Below, piece by piece: positions 47,562-53,237 of a stretch of 53,237 nucleotides of DNA. Both the position numbers and the translations under genes were made by a program. The stretch's first letter is position 1; the number at the start of each line of letters is the position of its first letter. The stretch comes from a virus (lineage: Duplodnaviria > Caudoviricetes), in IMG/VR virus record IMGVR_UViG_3300033153_002781, positions 1-53,237 of that record. The stretch is one strand, 5' to 3'. The notes beneath the pieces were generated by a model. It was given only the letters and a program-made list of their open reading frames with translations. It ran no database searches and was not told the origin of the DNA.

Positions 47562-48229
47562 TAATGAAAATAAAAATAATCAAAGCGATTCGTGGAGGAC
47601 ACATAGTATCTAATTTGAGCTTTAGCACAATCAAACCAGGAATTTATGATGTTGACCACATGAATCCGCAAGGTGCAATATCTATAAAATCAGAGGATGG
47701 TAAAAGGGTAGGTGTAAAGCCAGATGAATTTGAGTTTCTATCAGAAATGGATAGATATTATTGGATTAAGATTGCATATCCAAATATACCATCTGTTACG
47801 AAAACAGGTATTGAAGAACCAAAGTTCGATTATCAGAATGTTGCTATCAATTGGATAATAACAGGTAATGTTGGCAAAAGTTCTAAAACATTATGGGTAG
47901 CAATGTTTGGTATTACATTTGAAGATGAGAGGTTTGGTGATATCCCTTATGATCCTGATGATTTCAGTAGGTGTTACGAACTCATGAAACTAGCTACACC
48001 AGAACAATTAAAAAAGGCTTTGGATGATGTAGTAATCCTTTGTCCAAGATGGATTCCATATGCGCGTGAATGGGATGAATTGGTTGAATTATATGAACAT
48101 GCAAAATCCATAGGCATCTATTCAAAGATGTATGAGTTCATGAAGGAATTAGAGAACGAAGCAAATTCTAATAAGGGTATTGGTGGAGATAAGGGAAGAG
48201 GTTCATCAAGTGAGTTGTCTGATTTATAA
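47558..48229 (+). CDS. Hypothetical phage protein
   Basis: W...G.VG.SS...P.DP.DF.RC motif. Confidence 0.7.
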   Translation: MIMKIKIIKAIRGGHIVSNLSFSTIKPGIYDVDHMNPQGAISIKSEDGKRVGVKPDEFEFLSEMDRYYWIKIAYPNIPSVTKTGIEEPKFDYQNVAINWIITGNVGKSSKTLWVAMFGITFEDERFGDIPYDPDDFSRCYELMKLATPEQLKKALDDVVILCPRWIPYAREWDELVELYEHAKSIGIYSKMYEFMKELENEANSNKGIGGDKGRGSSSELSDL

Positions 48230-48241
48230 TGGTAGAAAGAA

Positions 48242-49633
48242 ATGATATCCGAAACCAAGATTAAAGAGCAATACGGCCAGAATCTCATAGATTCATACCT
48301 CAAATTATTCCATAGGAAAATGATCAAGCATTCGGATGTTGGTCAACTCACATTGCACATCATAATAGGACAGCTACCATCCATCAAAAAGATGAGAATT
48401 CATTTCGGTGACAATGAATTGGATCTCAGAATATCAGGATGTCTGTTCAAGCCATCAGGGAGTGGTGGTGGCCGTGGCATGAACTTCTTATTTAAGGTTG
48501 TCAAATCGCTTAATATCAATGCCCAGATAGTTACAAATATAGACCACGAATCGCTCACTGGCACATCAGAAACTGTTAAGGAATATGACCCGAAACAAAA
48601 GAAAGATTGTAAGATTATTAAAATCATCCCGGGCGCATTGGATCCCACGCCAGAACAAGATAGGGATATCATAGATGTTTTAATCATGAATGAGGCTGAT
48701 GTTCTATTTGATCTCAAGTCAACTAAAAAGACTAAGGAAGCAATGTTGGATTTTCAGATTACATTAAATCCAATGGGAACTGATGATAACATAATTGGCG
48801 TAACATTGCCTGATGGTAACTGGCATGAATTCAATCCAGAATGCTCATTGTTTTTTGTATCATATCCACCAGATAACTTCTATGATACCATTGTAAAGCG
48901 CGGTTTCTTACAGCGTATGATAGTCATATTTAACATGCTATCAATAGATGATAGGATAGGGATATCAAAAGAACTCACTGATATGCTAGAATCTAATAAG
49001 TCCAAAGATTCAGAATATGATGACCTGATTGAGAAGTTGGCTTATGTGAACGAATACTGGTCTACCAAGGATGGAATTCAAATTAAGATAGATAAGAAAG
49101 CCAGAAGATGCCTTAAAAATCTTGTGGATGAAATATTCCTGAAATTGAATAATATCAATGAAAGACCAAGGAAATCACTTGAGGAATTCACCCAAAGATG
49201 GATCGAGCATACATGGAAATTAGCATGGCATCACATGATTCTAAGATTGGATGATACCCTCATGCCAGAGGATGTCGAATATGCCAGAGAATATATGATG
49301 CCCATCTGGACTACGCTAATTGGATTGTTCGAGGCTGGATTCACACCAGCTAAGGACAAGAACCGGCGAGAGAAACGCCAGCTGGCAGATGTTATAGAGA
49401 TGTATGAGAATATCTGTAAAAGGGATGGTGTCAAATCTGGCGAAAGGATTAGTAGGAATGAATTGGTTGATAGACTGTCTAAACAATGGGAGCTGGGAGA
49501 TGCCCAAACATTAAGACGTATCAACAAATTTGAGCAAAAGGGTTGGTTCAGACAATCCAAACGCGGTTATAATATGTACATTTCACTGGCTAGAATGCCT
49601 GAATGGTATAAGAACAAGGAGATAACATTATGA
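48242..49633 (+). CDS. MCM-like AAA+ protein with degenerate Walker motifs and C-terminal wHTH
   Basis: DLRI..., PSGSGGG, SLTG...IPGAL, VLIMNEAD, GFLQR, EDVEYA. Confidence 0.65.
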   Translation: MISETKIKEQYGQNLIDSYLKLFHRKMIKHSDVGQLTLHIIIGQLPSIKKMRIHFGDNELDLRISGCLFKPSGSGGGRGMNFLFKVVKSLNINAQIVTNIDHESLTGTSETVKEYDPKQKKDCKIIKIIPGALDPTPEQDRDIIDVLIMNEADVLFDLKSTKKTKEAMLDFQITLNPMGTDDNIIGVTLPDGNWHEFNPECSLFFVSYPPDNFYDTIVKRGFLQRMIVIFNMLSIDDRIGISKELTDMLESNKSKDSEYDDLIEKLAYVNEYWSTKDGIQIKIDKKARRCLKNLVDEIFLKLNNINERPRKSLEEFTQRWIEHTWKLAWHHMILRLDDTLMPEDVEYAREYMMPIWTTLIGLFEAGFTPAKDKNRREKRQLADVIEMYENICKRDGVKSGERISRNELVDRLSKQWELGDAQTLRRINKFEQKGWFRQSKRGYNMYISLARMPEWYKNKEITL

Positions 49634-51333
49634 CAGAATTTGAAAACTACGATGATGCAAAGGAAAGAATGGCAAAAGTGTTTCATAAATATCAAATTGC
49701 CATATGCGATTGCGATTTGATTATGGATGCTTGCTTTTTTATCTCAGAACTGAACACAAACAAAGATTTCCCAGATGCTTTGAGAGGTGTAATATCAATG
49801 ATCGAGAATGGCCAACATGATTTGGCTATTGAACATTTGAATAAGAGCATAACAGAATTGGAGAGTGACTGAGATGACAAATAAAGAGATATGCGGAGAG
49901 TGCGGAGTTGAAATGGGGACTGAAAAGAATGGAGTAACCGTATCAGAGCGTGACGGCAACGGTGACCCATATAAGTTATGGCATGCTGATTTGAAGAAGT
50001 GCCATGAGTGTGGTAAGCACGTTGTTTGCAACTTTGCTGACGTTCCATACCTTCAACACCCAGATGCTCAATTGAGCAAAGAATCCGCAATGGCTGATTT
50101 CCGCTTTTGATGAGGTGATTGAATGGAAATCGAAAGAGAGATGTTCAATGGAAAGCCAGCACAGATAACCCTAATTGCAGAGAACGCTAATGATGTTCAT
50201 GCAATTAATCAACTTCAACAAAAGTACGAGAAGATGTCAACTGATTCTTGGTCATGCGGTAATTGTCATAATATGTTCATTCCAAGTACTAGGGAAATTG
50301 AGGATGAAAGGGCATGTTGTAGACATTGTGGGAACTATCGAGGCAACTGTCCAACAAGTGAGGTGAAATGAATGGAAGGTCTGATTGATAGAAACAAAAC
50401 AAGCTTGACAATGATGACAACTGAAATGATGCTCGAGATAGCCAAATCTCAAGATGAGATTGTTATGAACAAACTTCAAGCATATTGCGATGACTGCTTG
50501 ACATTGTTTTCAATCAGGGAACTGTATTTGGAAGAACCACCACTGGATGTTATGTCAATGTACAAGAAGCAAGGTGACCATGTGGTGTTCCAAGTGAGGC
50601 AGCAATGTGTGAAACTGATATGCCAAGACTGCAGGGAGGCATTGCAATGATGCGCTGTCATATATGCGGTAAGCTATTGGAATGTAAGACTCTTGAAGAG
50701 TATTTCAAAGAGGTATTGGAGGCTCACTTTGAAAACTTGGACATGCTGACGATAGACATTATTGGTGAGGTGGCACATAATGAAGAAGTGGAAGAAGAAA
50801 TGGAATAAATGCCCTAACTGTGGCGGTCATGTGTGGTTTGGCACAAAGACAGTTCAATGCTCAGAGTGTAAGGTTGAATGGAAATATGCTGATGAGGTGA
50901 AATGAATGGGAGTTAATTATCAACAGATAAGGGAAATGCGTGAATCTCTGACAGAGTTGAGGAAATGCGGATTTGAATGCGAAGCTGGTGGACTTGAGAG
51001 TAGCGTTGCCTTCCAGACAATACATCTATACCTATGCTGTATGGAGTGTGTTGAACACCCAAATATTTGCCATGTGTGCAATGAAGTGGGACACTGCAAG
51101 CATTGTATTGTTATAGAGGAATACTGTGGACTGAAATTGGATGTGAAAAAATGAGTGAACTAATTCCAGCCATGCCGTTACTGATGTCAGATAATTGGTC
51201 AACAGTCAAATTCAGAGATGTAGAAAATAAGAATTTAGCTATAAATACAACTGCTACACACAAGCAAATACACGATATAAATATTGATAGATGGCTTTCA
51301 CCAATAAGCGCAGGATATATTTTAAAGAAATAA
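49630..51333 (+). CDS. Cluster of small ORFs, mostly CxxC proteins (starts 49630, 49865, 50123, 50372, 50647, 50780, 50906, 51151)
   Basis: GAGGTGA RBS and overlaps; motifs CGECG, CGNC, CDDC, CHICG, CPNCG. Confidence 0.7.
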
Positions 51334-51422
51334 TCGTTTAGAGGGGTCATTTAAGCCCCATCTACTATCGGGCATGTGGAAACACGATATTGGATTTATA
51401 ATCGGTTTCTGCTATGCTCGAC

Positions 51423-51539
51423 CTATTGTAATGATAATAATAAGCATATGATGAACACTATCAATGCAAGTATCTTAAGAAAGTCCTTGATTTGTCGCAA
51501 CCGTCTTTCGAGTGCCTCATCAGAATCTACGAGTATCAC
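51423..51539 (-). CDS. 38-aa single-TM peptide ending the tail operon
   Basis: Hand-translated MILVDSDEALERRLRQIKDFLKILALIVFIICLLLSLQ; GTGA overlap with the hub gene stop. Confidence 0.6.
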   Translation of the reverse strand: MILVDSDEALERRLRQIKDFLKILALIVFIICLLLSLQ

Positions 51540-52630
51540 AAACCCGTAGTGCCATCAAAGAACTGGAATAATGTAGGAACAAAATCTGCAACCTTGAAAG
51601 TGGCTTTCCATCCAGATCCTTTTGAGATTGTATCTGTTATTCCAATCAATCTGAATATGTTGGATGGAAGCTGTGATGCACCATATCTATGATCATTGAC
51701 ATAAACGATATCGCCCACCCTCAATTGTTCCACACCTACACCACTGAAATCCACGAGGACTTTAGGAGATGATTTCTGGTTCCACAATTGCTGAGCTACT
51801 GCCAGTGCATCAGCAACGGTTGTGATTCCAGCATCCTCATGGTATAGATGTTTTGGACTTGAGGGTGGGCTTAATGGGTACACTGCAGATACACCGTCCC
51901 CTTGAACTTTAACATAATTCTTCTTGAATCCATAATTCTTTTTGACACCAATTGATTCTACATGGTGAATAGCAGCTTGTGATGGGATATCTGAATAATT
52001 AGATTCATCCCCTACAATGAATGCGTGGGTTACATTGACCGCGGTCAACTCTTTTGGCGGTCTTACAATGAATCGCCGGTTATCATCTTGATCGTGTGTC
52101 ATTAGCCATTCATAACCACCATATACAACTAATTTCTTAATCTCATCTAGTGCCTTTTCATAAGAGAATGTGTATTCAAAATCAGATGAATTGTCGTCAG
52201 ATGTATTTCTCTGGAACAATTCAGATAATGGTGATGATAGATTCTGATTAAGATATCTGATGTAATCTAATATGTATCCTTTGTCAATTGGATTTCCATA
52301 TGTATTGAATAATGAATCAACAGTGAGTTCATCAAATAGAATTCTTCCAAAATCACGGCCAGTTAATGCCATTCCCAGACTAGCCTTTGCTACTTTCCAC
52401 GATGGATCATCATGATATCCATCAAATAATAGAGGTGGATTATCAGTATCCCATCCTAGCCATGCTTTGATTGGCATATCCTCTAATGATAGATTCGTAT
52501 ATAATCCAGCTGGATTAGGCATACTTATAGAAATTCCAGATAATGCATTAAGAGTCTGGGTAATAGATATTGAATTCCAATGCCTGAACCTTGAATTGTT
52601 CAACTCTAATTTGACACTGGGCTTAATCAT
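51536..52630 (-). CDS. Baseplate hub/Tal-like protein (gpD/Mu gp44-like)
   Basis: AWLGW...LLFDG...LTGRD, N.VKV.G, LRVGDIVYV...I..T. Confidence 0.8.
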   Translation of the reverse strand: MIKPSVKLELNNSRFRHWNSISITQTLNALSGISISMPNPAGLYTNLSLEDMPIKAWLGWDTDNPPLLFDGYHDDPSWKVAKASLGMALTGRDFGRILFDELTVDSLFNTYGNPIDKGYILDYIRYLNQNLSSPLSELFQRNTSDDNSSDFEYTFSYEKALDEIKKLVVYGGYEWLMTHDQDDNRRFIVRPPKELTAVNVTHAFIVGDESNYSDIPSQAAIHHVESIGVKKNYGFKKNYVKVQGDGVSAVYPLSPPSSPKHLYHEDAGITTVADALAVAQQLWNQKSSPKVLVDFSGVGVEQLRVGDIVYVNDHRYGASQLPSNIFRLIGITDTISKGSGWKATFKVADFVPTLFQFFDGTTGL

Positions 52631-53237
52631 TCAAATTGCCTCACATCAATCTCCTGGAATGTCATTGAGAACTGGAAGGCTTGCTGGTCATCTACGGCCA
52701 TTGATGGTTTGTGGTCTGTGATTACACCTCTGACCTTACCAAAGAATACCAGATCCAATGTGATTAATTTCGATTTATTATACAGTGTGTGGAAGTAATC
52801 CTTCTCTTCCTCGGCATTTGTCATTCTAGTGGCCAAATCAATATCACAATCTGGATCGTGGTGTTGCCCTGTAAGACTGAATACACGATTCCCACCATCC
52901 ATTGTTTGAACGGTATCATAATCCAATTCAGGATGTGATGTCTTACTAGTCCCTGGTGGTGATGAATCTGATATAGATTCCCAAGGCGACATCAATGATA
53001 CCTCTTCAAATTGGCCTAGCGCATCATATATTGTGATAACTGATTGTACCTCAACACTCAATAATCCAGCCTCATCTTCTACAATGAGTTTTACTGTGTA
53101 TGTTCCAGCTGAGGTGTATTGATGAGATACTGATGATTGAGATGTTTCTAATGTTTCAGTATCACCAAAATCATATTTGTATATTAGAGTTCCACCTTCA
53201 GGGTCTATTGACTGGCTTGCATCTATTAAGACATCAG
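52627..53237 (-). CDS. 3' part of the junction-spanning tail protein (end of PKD domain plus distal-tail/Dit-like domain)
   Basis: Translation across the junction gives SVSHQYTSAGTYTVKLIVEDEAGLLSVEVQS, in frame with track ORF 52627..53061. It sits between tape measure and hub, the usual Dit position. Confidence 0.8.
   Translation of the reverse strand, partial: DVLIDASQSIDPEGGTLIYKYDFGDTETLETSQSSVSHQYTSAGTYTVKLIVEDEAGLLSVEVQSVITIYDALGQFEEVSLMSPWESISDSSPPGTSKTSHPELDYDTVQTMDGGNRVFSLTGQHHDPDCDIDLATRMTNAEEEKDYFHTLYNKSKLITLDLVFFGKVRGVITDHKPSMAVDDQQAFQFSMTFQEIDVRQFE
53124..53237. repeat. Terminal direct repeat, right copy
   Basis: Exact copy of 1-114. Confidence 0.97.

Noticed and set aside
51506-51523. 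Hammerhead core CTGATGAG-GCACT-CGAAA on the minus strand
   Set aside because: No convincing stem III or NUH site can be built, and the sequence is explained as codons SDEALE of the 38-aa ORF.
53124-53237. 114-bp terminal repeat as a biological virion terminal repeat
   Set aside because: It falls in the middle of a PKD-coding region; assembler overlap of a circular or permuted genome is the simpler explanation.
1-53237. Genome-wide stop-codon reassignment suggested by the UCA hairpin
   Set aside because: Core genes are intact in the standard code, and TGA is used as a normal stop in many ATGA overlaps.

Overview
The window is an apparently complete circular genome of a tailed archaeal virus (Caudoviricetes). 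Bases 1-114 are repeated exactly at 53124-53237, giving a unit length of 53,123 bp. An archaeal host is supported by a tRNA intron with a perfect bulge-helix-bulge (BHB) motif, TATA-type promoters, GGAGG/GGTGA ribosome-binding sites, an MCM-like ATPase, an ERCC4 nuclease and many CxxC zinc-finger microproteins. No sheath gene is recognisable, so the virus is probably siphovirus-like. Two arms diverge near 25.5 kb and converge near 51.4 kb. The minus arm carries small regulators, a tRNA cluster, terS/terL, a portal-MuF fusion, protease/scaffold, major capsid protein, fibre/adhesin genes, neck and tail genes, a frameshifted tail chaperone pair, tape measure, a ~1015-aa adhesin-tail protein crossing the contig junction, and a hub protein. 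The plus arm carries a degenerate tyrosine recombinase, HNH nucleases, an iteron-rich putative origin, SNF2 and SF3 helicases, a PAPS-reductase-like protein, a RecT-like annealase, ERCC4, a J-domain protein, DUF5131, a Cas4-like nuclease, two DNA methyltransferases and a degenerate MCM-like protein. The most notable observations are: (1) an HNH cassette displaced the 5' end of a C5-methyltransferase, and the two genes are joined by the same A-AAA-AAC-TGA -1 slippery site used by the tail chaperone; (2) a tRNA cluster with an intron-containing tRNA-Gln whose intron holds a UCA anticodon-like hairpin, plus a non-canonical tRNA-like RNA; (3) a ~270-nt structured non-coding region; (4) MCM-like and integrase-like proteins with substituted catalytic motifs; (5) a 12-bp coding repeat that varies at only two binary sites. 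All protein calls come from reading motifs by eye; no database searches were run.
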